64,000 nucleotides of DNA from Nitrospirales bacterium (GTDB lineage Bacteria > Nitrospirota > Nitrospiria > Nitrospirales > UBA8639), in NCBI GenBank assembly GCA_965232175.1, contig CBDDOW010000006.1:1315764-1379763 (forward strand), in the 5' to 3' direction. Made by a program: the position numbers and the translations under genes. Positions 55,772-64,000 of the stretch are shown here, piece after piece. The notes below the pieces were generated by a model, which saw only the letters and a program-made list of their open reading frames with translations, did not search any database and was not told the DNA's origin. The stretch's first letter is position 1, and each line of letters opens with the position of its first letter.

Positions 55772-56050
55772 TCAGTAAAACGAAGGCCCCAGCCCTTTCG
55801 TACTCATTCCATCGTGAGCCACGAGGCTGATTTCGTCTCCATCGTGCACGGAGGTGTCTTCGCTCGCCACCCGTCGATTGATCGTCACCATCACCCTGTT
55901 TTCCCGTAACAGCCTGGTCACCTGTCGAAGTTTGCGTCCCTGCTGTTTAATCAGTTGCTTCACCGAAAGGGGATCGTCCAGTTCGCAGGCCAAGCTTCGT
56001 TCGCCGTCGGATGTTTCCAAATCGCCCATCAGGGTAATGGTCACCATCAA
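55772..56050 (-). CDS. MoaD/ThiS-like beta-grasp protein (tentative)
   Basis: VTITLMGDL...INRRVASEDTSVHDGDEISLV resembles ThiS/MoaD. It has no terminal GG. Confidence 0.35.
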   Translation of the reverse strand: MMVTITLMGDLETSDGERSLACELDDPLSVKQLIKQQGRKLRQVTRLLRENRVMVTINRRVASEDTSVHDGDEISLVAHDGMSTKGLGPSFY

Positions 56051-56259
56051 CCACCTCTCTCCTGTTCAACAAGGTGACGAATTCCGGCTCTTTTCATGCC
56101 GGTGATTCCATGCGCCATCCTAGCAGGATTAAAATTCATCCGGCAATTGGGCGGCGGCGAGGAGAGCTGTGCGGGAGGCCCGGGCATTGGCCCGGGGACA
56201 AGAAACCAGTATACTGACGGGCGATCCCCCATAACGGCAATCTCCCGCGGGCTTCGAAC

Positions 56260-56511
56260 ATGTGGCGTCTCATTGTCATCCTGATTCTTCTGATCATTCT
56301 GTTTTTGATGGTCCGGAAATCCATTCGCGATTTTCGAGGCCGCAACGCGCCCGATCCGTCCCTGCCCTCGAAGGATATGATGGTGCAGGACCCCGTCTGC
56401 AAAATGTATATCACGGCGGGCTCGGCGGTGGTTGAAAAAATCGGAGGCCAGCGCTACCACTTTTGCAGTAATGAATGCGCCCATAAGTTCAAGAGCTATA
56501 TGTCCGGATAA
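56260..56511 (+). CDS. membrane-anchored YHS/TRASH domain protein
   Basis: N-terminal TM segment. DPVCKMYI......GQRYHFCSNECAHKF. Confidence 0.7.
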   Translation: MWRLIVILILLIILFLMVRKSIRDFRGRNAPDPSLPSKDMMVQDPVCKMYITAGSAVVEKIGGQRYHFCSNECAHKFKSYMSG

Positions 56512-56540
56512 GGTCTTGGAGACAGCGGGCGGGCGGGGGC

Positions 56541-57509
56541 TCAGGTCAGCGCCCCGCCGCAGGACGAGCCCGCGCCGGCCGTGCATCCGTAACAATGCTG
56601 GCCGATGACGATCGAACGCCGGGCCAGGGGCTCGCGATCAAATTCCGCGATCGTTTGCGGCGCGTTGCAGTCCACGGGCAAATCGAGCATCTGATTAAAA
56701 TCGCAATCGTACAGTCGTCCGTCCCATCCCACGCTGAGCAGGCCCCGGCACATGACGTGTTCAACCGAGCGCGGGTTGAAATGCTCGATAAGCAGGCTCA
56801 TGTACGCTTCATAGTCGCCTTGGGCGTACAGGTCGTTCAGAAAACGGTTAATGGGCATATTGGTGATGGTCTGGAGTTGATTGAATCTGATGCCGAACCG
56901 CGAGAGCAGTTGCTCCTTGTAGGCTTGCTCCAATTCCCGCTGATCAGGAGGCAGGTGGGGACCCAGCGGGTTGTAGACGAGATTCAACACCAGGCCCGTG
57001 TCATGGGTTCCATACCCCAACGCGTTCAATGTCCGCAGGGCGTCCAGGCTTCGGAGAAAGACCCCTTTCCCCCGTTGCTGATCCACGTTCTCCTCAAGAT
57101 AACAGGGCAGGGAGGCGACGATCTCCACTTGGTGCTCAGCCAGAAAGCGGGGAAGGTGTGATTTGCCTTTGACGGAAAAGACCGTCAGATTGCAGCGGTC
57201 GATCACGGTTTTCCCGAGGGTCCGGGATTCTGAAACGAGAAATTCAAAGTGCGGATTCATTTCCGGGGCCCCGCCGGTCACGTCCACGGTGGTGATCTCC
57301 GGTTGGCGTCGAAGGACCTGAACAATGCGCTCCATCGTCTCTCGACTCATCATTTCGGTCCGGGAGGGTCCGGCGTCAACGTGACAATGATGACAGGTTT
57401 GGTTGCAGAGCTTCCCGACGTTCACCTGTAGCGTGTGGATGGTCTTCGCGCGGAGCGGAAACGCCCCGTGTTCCCTCAGGGTTCGTGAAAAGATGGGAAC
57501 CGGTGTCAT
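56541..57509 (-). CDS. radical SAM/Cys-rich domain protein (ArsS-like)
   Basis: The CxxxCxxC motif is CNQTCHHCHV. The C-terminal Cys-rich tail is CYGCTAGAGSSCGGAL. Confidence 0.7.
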   Translation of the reverse strand: MTPVPIFSRTLREHGAFPLRAKTIHTLQVNVGKLCNQTCHHCHVDAGPSRTEMMSRETMERIVQVLRRQPEITTVDVTGGAPEMNPHFEFLVSESRTLGKTVIDRCNLTVFSVKGKSHLPRFLAEHQVEIVASLPCYLEENVDQQRGKGVFLRSLDALRTLNALGYGTHDTGLVLNLVYNPLGPHLPPDQRELEQAYKEQLLSRFGIRFNQLQTITNMPINRFLNDLYAQGDYEAYMSLLIEHFNPRSVEHVMCRGLLSVGWDGRLYDCDFNQMLDLPVDCNAPQTIAEFDREPLARRSIVIGQHCYGCTAGAGSSCGGALT

Positions 57510-57671
57510 CCTGGCGCGCGTATCAGTGAGAGGGAAAGAACGCATCACGGCAGTTCTAACAATGCCGCAGGCCATTGAGCAAGGGGAGGGCCAAGCAGCC
57601 GCAATCCATTGTACCACGGGGTTGGCAAAAACCCGCGGCGCGTCCGTTTCCTGAACGCGGTCACGGGCGGA

Positions 57672-58427
57672 CTATGGCGGCAGGAAGGTCAGCCCGCCGC
57701 CGGCCTCCTCGTCCACCAGCCACGTCAACGTTCCGGCCCGGGGTCCGATGATTTGAGCGGGGAGGACGTCGGGTTGAAAAGGCCCTTCGAGCACAGAACG
57801 GAGCGTTTCGGCTTTTGCGCGGCCACAGATGAGAAACGTGACCTGCCGGGCGTGATTGAGAAGAACCGGGGTGAAGGTGATCCGGGACGTCTGCAAGTGT
57901 TCGACCCAGGGGGCGGTCACGAGCCGGTCCGTTTCATGAACGGCCCGGATGCCCGGAAACAGGGAAGCGGTATGCCCGTCCGGTCCCATCCCCAACAGGA
58001 CGAAATCGAACCGGGGGATTTCCGGTCCGGAGACAGCGAATTGCTTGCGCAGCACGGCTTCATATTGGTCGGCAGCGGCGCGGGCATCGGGGAGTTCGCT
58101 CGGCACGCGATGAACCTGCGCCATGGAAAGGGGCACCCGGCTCAGGAGCGCTTCATGGGCCATTCGATAATTGCTGTCCGCGTGATCCGGCGGGACGTGA
58201 CGTTCATCTCCCCAGAAGATCCGGACTTTCGTCCAATCGAGTTGACTCCGGAACGGCTCGTCGGCCAGTTTCGCATAGAGGTCTTTCGGGGTTGAGCCTC
58301 CGGCCAGGGCGAGCGTAAACGCGCCCCGTGCCGAAATGGCCTGACGCGCATGGTCGAGGAGGTGCCGCGCCGCGGCGTCCACTAACGCGTGCGGAGTCGG
58401 GTAGACGTGTATGTTCCGGTGAGGCAT
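57672..58427 (-). CDS. pgl: 6-phosphogluconolactonase
   Basis: FTLALAGGSTPKDLYAKLA......WTKVRIFWGDERHVPPDHADSNY...GMGPDGHTASLFPG. Confidence 0.85.
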   Translation of the reverse strand: MPHRNIHVYPTPHALVDAAARHLLDHARQAISARGAFTLALAGGSTPKDLYAKLADEPFRSQLDWTKVRIFWGDERHVPPDHADSNYRMAHEALLSRVPLSMAQVHRVPSELPDARAAADQYEAVLRKQFAVSGPEIPRFDFVLLGMGPDGHTASLFPGIRAVHETDRLVTAPWVEHLQTSRITFTPVLLNHARQVTFLICGRAKAETLRSVLEGPFQPDVLPAQIIGPRAGTLTWLVDEEAGGGLTFLPP

Positions 58428-58706
58428 GCGAGAAGTCGGAAAGGTGAACCCATGGTTCTGCGTCAGCAGCCGGAAAAGCCGGAATCCGCGAGGGCGCGTT
58501 GACGTCCTGTCCGGCAAAATCGTAACCCTGACGCACGGTCCAGTCAAATGAAGAAATCACTGACAACGCGCAAGACGTTTGTCAACGCGTGACGGGCTCA
58601 ATTACAATACGCGCGTGTGAAGACGGGCCGGGGTTGAAAGCCTGTGGTCCATCGACGGCCCTGTGATTGAGAAGACGGTCTGCCAACGCGATGAGGGAGG
58701 AAGCCG

Positions 58707-59360
58707 ATGAAAATCTATCTGGATACCGGCAACGTCAAGGAAATTGCCGAAGCCGCTCGACTGGGGATTCTGGACGGGGTGACGACCAACCCGTCATTGG
58801 TCTCCAAAGAGGGGCGGGATTTCAAGGATCTGATCCGGGAAATCTGTCAACTCGTGGATGGTCCGGTCAGCGCGGAGGTCGTGAGCGTGGAAGCCGAGGC
58901 CATGGTCAAGGAAGGGCGGGACCTGGCCCGCATTCATCCCAACGTGGTGGTCAAGTGCCCCCTGATTCCTGAAGGGCTGGCTGCGACCAAACGCCTGGCC
59001 GATGAGGGGATTCGCGTGAACGTCACGTTGTGTTTTTCCCCGACCCAAGCCCTGCTCGCCGCCAAAGCGGGCGCGTGGTGCGTGTCGCCGTTTATCGGCC
59101 GGTTGGACGACGTCAGCAGTGACGGTATGGACCTCATCCAGCGGATCGTGACCATTTTTCGCAATTACGATTTCCCCACCCTGGTGCTGGTGGCAAGCGT
59201 GAGACATCCGCAGCACGTGGTGGAAGCCGCGCTGGCGGGCGGCGATATTTGCACCCTGCCCTATGCGGTCTTTCAGCAGTTGATCAAGCATCCGCTTACG
59301 GACATCGGCCTGAAGAAATTCCTGGACGATTGGGAAGCCCGAAACGCGCCGAAAGGGTAA
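58707..59360 (+). CDS. tal: transaldolase (short type 3B / Fsa family)
   Basis: [13 protein letters not shown]......[12 protein letters not shown]...[10 protein letters not shown]...[20 protein letters not shown]...[10 protein letters not shown]. Confidence 0.9.
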   Translation: MKIYLDTGNVKEIAEAARLGILDGVTTNPSLVSKEGRDFKDLIREICQLVDGPVSAEVVSVEAEAMVKEGRDLARIHPNVVVKCPLIPEGLAATKRLADEGIRVNVTLCFSPTQALLAAKAGAWCVSPFIGRLDDVSSDGMDLIQRIVTIFRNYDFPTLVLVASVRHPQHVVEAALAGGDICTLPYAVFQQLIKHPLTDIGLKKFLDDWEARNAPKG

Positions 59361-59365
59361 GCCCG

Positions 59366-60049
59366 TCAGGGCAGCCCGTCCACCAACTGCCGGGCGCGTT
59401 GAAAGACGCGATGAAACATGGGGCGGGTGAGTGTTCCGGTGAAGGTGTTTTGTTGGCTGGGGTGGTAGGAGCCCAGCAGGGTGACGCCCCAGGCCGTGGC
59501 ATAGCTGGTGTCATGCCCGAATCTGGGTTTGCCGGTGAGCCGTCCCGGCGGTCCGGCGGCGGTCACGTATTCGTCGAAGGCGATTTTCCCCAAGGCCACG
59601 ACCACGGCGATGCGCGTCAACAAACGGAGTTCTTCGCGGACGTACGGCCGGCATGTTGCAAATTCCTCTTTCGAGGGTTTGTTTCCCGGTGGCGCGCAGC
59701 GCACGGCCGCGCCCACGTAACAATCCGTCAACCGCAACCCATCGTCCCGGTGCGCGGACTCGGCCTGATTGGCGAATCCGAATCGAAACAGGGCCTCATA
59801 GAGCCAGTCCCCGCTGCGGTCCCCGGTGAACACGCGACCGGTTCGATTCCCGCCATGCGCCGCCGGAGCCAACCCAATGACGTAGAGTCTCGCGCGGGGA
59901 TCTCCAAACCCGGGAACGGGCCGTCCCCAGTATTCCCAGTGCTGAAACCGCTTCACCTTCGTGACGGCGACTTCCCGGCGGTAGGCGGTCAAGCGCGGAC
60001 ACTGCGTGCAATCGGCAATGGTCTGCTGTAACACCCTGAGGCTGCGCAT
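59366..60049 (-). CDS. uracil-DNA glycosylase, family 4/5 (UdgB-like)
   Basis: CTQCPRL...PVPGFGDPRARLYVIGLAPAAHGGNRTGRVFTGDRSGDWL...GSYHPSQQN. Confidence 0.75.
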   Translation of the reverse strand: MRSLRVLQQTIADCTQCPRLTAYRREVAVTKVKRFQHWEYWGRPVPGFGDPRARLYVIGLAPAAHGGNRTGRVFTGDRSGDWLYEALFRFGFANQAESAHRDDGLRLTDCYVGAAVRCAPPGNKPSKEEFATCRPYVREELRLLTRIAVVVALGKIAFDEYVTAAGPPGRLTGKPRFGHDTSYATAWGVTLLGSYHPSQQNTFTGTLTRPMFHRVFQRARQLVDGLP

Positions 60050-60087
60050 CAGGGGAATCGTACCATAACGAACGAGGCGGGAAACAC

Positions 60088-61431
60088 ATGCCAATCCGTA
60101 TCGATTGCCCAGACAGAAACGCCCGAACGATGTTCAGGCAACTGTTTCTCGCGGGGCTGGATGCCGCTGATCCCGAGTCGGCGATCCGGGGCGCCGTCCG
60201 GATCAGGAACAACAGGCTCACCGTGGGCGCGCGGGAGTACGATCTCACCCGATTTTCGCGCATCGTGTGCGTCGGGGCGGGAAAAGCCTCGGGTGCCATG
60301 GCGGCCGCGTTGGAACGCCAATTCGGAGCGAGGTTGGAAGGCGGCCTGGTGGCGGTCAACGAGGGCCGGGCCGGGCAAACGAAGCGGGTGCGCCTGCTCG
60401 AGGCGCGGCATCCGGTCCCGGATCATCGAAGTGAAAACGCCGCGCGCAGGATGGTTCGTCTGCTTGAGTCCCTGACGGATCGCGACCTGGTTCTGATGGC
60501 GCTGTCCGGCGGCGCCTCAAGTCTGTTGGCAGCCCCGGCCGCCGGCCTGACCCTGAAGGAAAAACAACTCACCACCCGTTTGTTGCTGCGAAGCGGCGCG
60601 CCCATTCAGGATGTCAACACGGTGCGCAAGCACATATCCGCGATCAAGGGCGGGCGCCTGGCGGGCGCCACGCCGGCCACGGTCATTGCGCTCGTCCTGT
60701 CGGACGTGCCGGGCGATGATCCGGCGATCGTCGGGTCGGGTCCCATGGCCCCTGATCCCTCGACATTTGCAGATGCGAAACGGGTGCTCGACACGTTCGA
60801 CGTCCGGCACCGAATCCCCCCGGCCGTTCGACGACACGTGGACCGCGGAATCCGGGGACGCATTCCCGAGACGCCCAAACCCGGTGAGGCGCGGTTTTCC
60901 CGGATCCAGCATCACGTGATCGGCAATAACCGCGCGGCAATCGAACGGATGGCTCAACAAGCCAGGACGTTGGGGCTCCGGCCCCTGATCCTGACCACGA
61001 CCCTGTGCGGGGAAGCGCGTGAGATCGGCAGGCTCTTCGGGCATCTCGCCAGGGAAATGCGCGTTTCCGGAAACCCCGTCCGGCCTCCGGCCTGTCTGCT
61101 GGCCGGCGGCGAACTCACCGTGGCTGTGAAAGGGAAGGGGATGGGAGGGCGCGCCCAGGAATTTGCCTTGGCGGCCGCGCCCTCACTCGAAGGGCTGTCT
61201 CGGGTATTTGTGGCCGGATTCGGCACCGACGGGACCGATGGGCCAACGCCGGCGGCGGGCGCGATCGCGGACGGGAGAACCGTCAGCCGGGCCGGGCAAA
61301 AGGGGATGAACCTTGACGCGGCGCTTGTCGAGAACGACAGCTATCGGTTTTTTCACCGGACGGGCGGCCACGTCGTGACCGGCCCGACGGGCACAAACGT
61401 GAACGACGTCTATATGATTCTGGCGTTGTAA
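60088..61431 (+). CDS. glycerate 2-kinase (DUF4147/MOFRL family)
   Basis: VGAGKASGAMAAALE...ARHPVPD...LSGGASSLL...VRKHISAIKGGRLA...GTDGTDGPT...TGPTGTNVND. Confidence 0.8.
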   Translation: MPIRIDCPDRNARTMFRQLFLAGLDAADPESAIRGAVRIRNNRLTVGAREYDLTRFSRIVCVGAGKASGAMAAALERQFGARLEGGLVAVNEGRAGQTKRVRLLEARHPVPDHRSENAARRMVRLLESLTDRDLVLMALSGGASSLLAAPAAGLTLKEKQLTTRLLLRSGAPIQDVNTVRKHISAIKGGRLAGATPATVIALVLSDVPGDDPAIVGSGPMAPDPSTFADAKRVLDTFDVRHRIPPAVRRHVDRGIRGRIPETPKPGEARFSRIQHHVIGNNRAAIERMAQQARTLGLRPLILTTTLCGEAREIGRLFGHLAREMRVSGNPVRPPACLLAGGELTVAVKGKGMGGRAQEFALAAAPSLEGLSRVFVAGFGTDGTDGPTPAAGAIADGRTVSRAGQKGMNLDAALVENDSYRFFHRTGGHVVTGPTGTNVNDVYMILAL

Positions 61432-61441
61432 ACAGGACTCG

Positions 61442-61849
61442 ATGAAAGGACGGAGTATGGACGACACGCAAAAAATGGTTCGGGAATTCCACCGGCAGTT
61501 CGACATCCACGTCGCGGAGAGCCCCAGCGTGCCGGATTCAAAGACCACGGCGTTGCGCGAACGGCTCATTCAGGAAGAGTTTGACGAATTGAAGGAAGCC
61601 ATGCACGCGGGCAATCTTCCCGGCATTGCCAAAGAACTCGCCGACCTTCTCTACGTGGTGTACGGCACGGCGGTTTCCTGTGGGATCGACATGGACCCGG
61701 TGTTCCGGGAAGTACAGCGTTCAAACATGAGCAAGGTGGGCGGGTATAAACGGGACGACGGGAAGTGGATCAAGCCGCCGACCTATTCACCGGCCAGGAT
61801 TGAACCGCTTCTCGACCGCCAGCGGAGACAGTCCGGTCGGACCGGGTGA
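61442..61849 (+). CDS. MazG-like nucleotide pyrophosphohydrolase
   Basis: VREFHRQF......LRERLIQEEFDELKEA......IAKELADLLYVVYGTAVSCGID...F.EVQRSNMSK. Confidence 0.7.
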   Translation: MKGRSMDDTQKMVREFHRQFDIHVAESPSVPDSKTTALRERLIQEEFDELKEAMHAGNLPGIAKELADLLYVVYGTAVSCGIDMDPVFREVQRSNMSKVGGYKRDDGKWIKPPTYSPARIEPLLDRQRRQSGRTG

Positions 61850-61887
61850 GCCATGGGCCGTCACCCATCATGACGGCAACGTTCGGG

Positions 61888-62430
61888 TCAGGAACGGTGA
61901 TGGCTCTCGTGCGTCAGCAGGGCTTCTTTAATGGAGAGCCCGCCGCCGTAGCCGACGAGTTTCCCGTTGCTGCCGATGACGCGATGACAGGGGACGAGGA
62001 TCGAAACGGGGTTCTGTCCGTTGGCCGCTCCCACGGCGCGGCCGGCCCTGGGCATGCCGATCGCGGTGGCGATTTGTCCGTATGATTGCGTTCGTCCATA
62101 GGGGATGGTCCGCAGGGCCTGCCAGACGCGTTGTTGAAACGGGGTTCCCTGGGGCGCCAAGTTGATCGTGAACGTTTTCCGTTTCCCGGAAAAATATTCG
62201 TTGAGTTCCCGGATGGGTCGTTGAAAGGGCTGTTCGGCATAGGTCCACCGGGGGTCCGGAGTGATCGGATGCCGGCCGTCCTGAAACGAAAGGTGCGTCA
62301 GGGCGCGGGCGGTCCCTGCCAGGAGGAGCCTGCCGACGGGACTCCGGATGATACAATAGAACACGGCATCGACGCGACGCGCGGCAGGCAACGCTTTCTG
62401 ACGGGGGCTGGCTGAAGGCATGTTGCGCAT
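61888..62430 (-). CDS. ogt: methylated-DNA--protein-cysteine methyltransferase
   Basis: FQQRVWQALRTIPYGRTQSYGQIA...RAVGAANGQNPVSILVPCHRVIGSNGKLVGYGGGL. Confidence 0.9.
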   Translation of the reverse strand: MRNMPSASPRQKALPAARRVDAVFYCIIRSPVGRLLLAGTARALTHLSFQDGRHPITPDPRWTYAEQPFQRPIRELNEYFSGKRKTFTINLAPQGTPFQQRVWQALRTIPYGRTQSYGQIATAIGMPRAGRAVGAANGQNPVSILVPCHRVIGSNGKLVGYGGGLSIKEALLTHESHHRS

Positions 62431-62635
62431 AACCTCAAAGTCGTCATCCTGAGCCTGTCCTGAGCAACGCGAAGGACCTGGCGAAAGAATGACAGACGGG
62501 TTGGGCAGAGGTCATTGTAGCATAGGCGCGCCGGGCCACCAACAAGGGGCGCGCAAGGAATTTTCTGCCGTTGCAGAAACCGCGGGGATATGAAACGGTC
62601 GATCGTGTGAGCGCGCTTGCGGAAGCAGGGGAAAC

Positions 62636-64000
62636 GTGTTGTCGCTCGAGTCATTCGCATTGAATCAGATTCTGAAGGTTGCCGGGCTGGCCCTCCTTGG
62701 GGCGGCAGCGACGGGATTCGCATCCGGACACGCCTTCCCGATTTCCATGATGAACGGTCAGGGAACGTGGCAAGCGGTGCCCCTGTTGACGATTGGAGAC
62801 CGGTTGCCTTCCCGTGATCCCCGTTTGAGGGATCAGGGGTATCAACCCGTGGGCGCGCCGGACGGTCTCGGCGCCTACCGGCTGGATGAAGAGACCGTCC
62901 GGGTGCTGGTGAATCATGAGTTGGCGGGCAGGGCGGGCTCTCCGTACCGGCTCGACAACGGCGCGACGTTGACCGGGGCGCGCATCAGCTTTCTGGATAT
63001 CGATCGCAGGACGTTGCGGATTCTCAACAGTGGACTGGCGTATCGGGCCATTCGTGACCGCCGCGGCCGGCTCGTCGAAACGGGATTGCAGATCAATGAA
63101 ATCTCCCGTACCGAACGCGGGCTGTCGCGCCTGTGTTCGAGTCAATTGATCGACAGGGGCGCCTTCAATTTTGTCGACAGGATCTACCTCGCCCCGGAAG
63201 AGCTTTCGGACCCCCTGGACCATCCGTATGGCGGAACGGTCTGGGCGTTGGACGTGGAACGCGGAACCCTGCACGCGGTGCCGGCGATGGGACGCATGGC
63301 CGGAGAAAATACCGCGCCGCTGTCCGGCCCGTCCGGTGCCGTGGCCCTCCTGATCGCAGACGATACGATCCCGCAAACCGACGAGGCCGCTTCCTTCGGA
63401 CACAGGGCCGGCCGGACCACGTCGCCGGATCATCTCGTCATGGCGCCGCTCTGGTTGTACGTGGGGCAAAAACAGGCCTCGACCGGGCCGCGTGCTCCCG
63501 GCGTTGATCCGGCCAACGCGGCGTTCCTGAACCGGAACGGATTACTCGTGGGGCAATTGTATTATTTTGTGGCGGAACAGGGCGTGCGGACGGTGGCGCA
63601 ATTTAACGGGACCGGCTCCATCCTCGCCGGCGCCTGGAAAAAGATTGAGGTCCTGGACAGGGCGAAGGCCGGCAAACAGGGGTATGACGCATTGGGCTAT
63701 AAAGCGGGATTGACGCTCAGACAGGAGGCGAAAGCCGGCGGCGCCTTTCAATTTCCCAGGCCGGAGGACGTGAGCACGCATCCGTCCATCGGCACGAGAG
63801 CGGTCCTGGCCTCGACGGGATGGGATACGGTGTTTCCCGACCATGATGCGTGGGGGACTCTGTATCAGATCGACGTCGATCTGGAACGCATGACGGCCAG
63901 GCTCACCATTGTCTACGACGGCGATGACGCCGGCGGGGCCGGATTGGCACACCCCGACGCGGGCATTCGCAACCCGGATAATCTGGATTGGGCGGATGAC
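62636..64000 (+). CDS. secreted DUF839/PhoX-like protein (3' end outside window)
   Basis: The frame is open from 62594 to the window end and is not in the ORF track because there is no stop codon. Signal-like VAGLALLGAAATGFASGHA. FPRPEDV and IRNPDNLDWADD motifs resemble PhoX-type phosphatases. The antisense ORF 62651-63469 is judged spurious. Confidence 0.6.
   Translation, partial: MLSLESFALNQILKVAGLALLGAAATGFASGHAFPISMMNGQGTWQAVPLLTIGDRLPSRDPRLRDQGYQPVGAPDGLGAYRLDEETVRVLVNHELAGRAGSPYRLDNGATLTGARISFLDIDRRTLRILNSGLAYRAIRDRRGRLVETGLQINEISRTERGLSRLCSSQLIDRGAFNFVDRIYLAPEELSDPLDHPYGGTVWALDVERGTLHAVPAMGRMAGENTAPLSGPSGAVALLIADDTIPQTDEAASFGHRAGRTTSPDHLVMAPLWLYVGQKQASTGPRAPGVDPANAAFLNRNGLLVGQLYYFVAEQGVRTVAQFNGTGSILAGAWKKIEVLDRAKAGKQGYDALGYKAGLTLRQEAKAGGAFQFPRPEDVSTHPSIGTRAVLASTGWDTVFPDHDAWGTLYQIDVDLERMTARLTIVYDGDDAGGAGLAHPDAGIRNPDNLDWADD

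Noticed and set aside
56047-56595. 182-aa minus-strand ORF
   Set aside because: It is antisense to the well-supported YHS-domain gene (56260-56511) and has an Arg/Pro/Gly-rich composition.
1-64000. CRISPR arrays, rRNA genes, integrases and transposases
   Set aside because: I found no regularly spaced direct repeats with spacers, no rRNA-like sequence, and no recombinase or transposase signature in any frame.

Overview
This is a high-GC chromosomal segment, about 60% or more GC by eye. It looks like a Nitrospira-type nitrite oxidiser. It carries a periplasmic-type nitrite oxidoreductase: nxrA 27364-30801 with a Tat signal SRRQFLK, and nxrB 30873-32162. Housekeeping genes around it include rnhA, tRNA-Val, pal, selO, gcvT, gcvP, pgl, tal, ogt, HU, an ABC-2 exporter and FKBP.

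The accessory content worth attention is:
1. An NHLP-leader/YcaO/SagB RiPP cluster at 9.1-16.3 kb. It has three paralogous precursors, one core-less leader-like ORF, an embedded ECF sigma factor and an unknown coupled gene.
2. A visibly AT-richer two-gene cassette at 7.5-9.0 kb (GHKL/RsbW-like ATPase plus a STAS-like DUF4325 protein), next to a perfect 22-bp palindrome.
3. An AT-richer island at 23.2-27.1 kb lying between two copies of the sigma-54-type nxrA promoter region. It encodes a NYN-domain protein, a membrane protein and a GIY-YIG nuclease fusion. The last two genes are each preceded by a copy of a ~350-nt element. The two copies sit in inverted orientation and show compensatory base-pair changes, so I treat it as a candidate new structured RNA.
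4. A same-strand double-AAA+ ATPase / WYL regulator / DUF1640 cluster at 35.6-39.6 kb.
5. A ~150-nt MITE-like element in three copies, plus REP-like palindromic mosaics.
6. Two apparently frameshifted genes: a NUDIX hydrolase and a DUF5615 PIN-like toxin.

All family calls come from my reading of the translated ORFs, with no database search. Start codons are best guesses. Many long antisense ORFs in the track are GC-rich artefacts.
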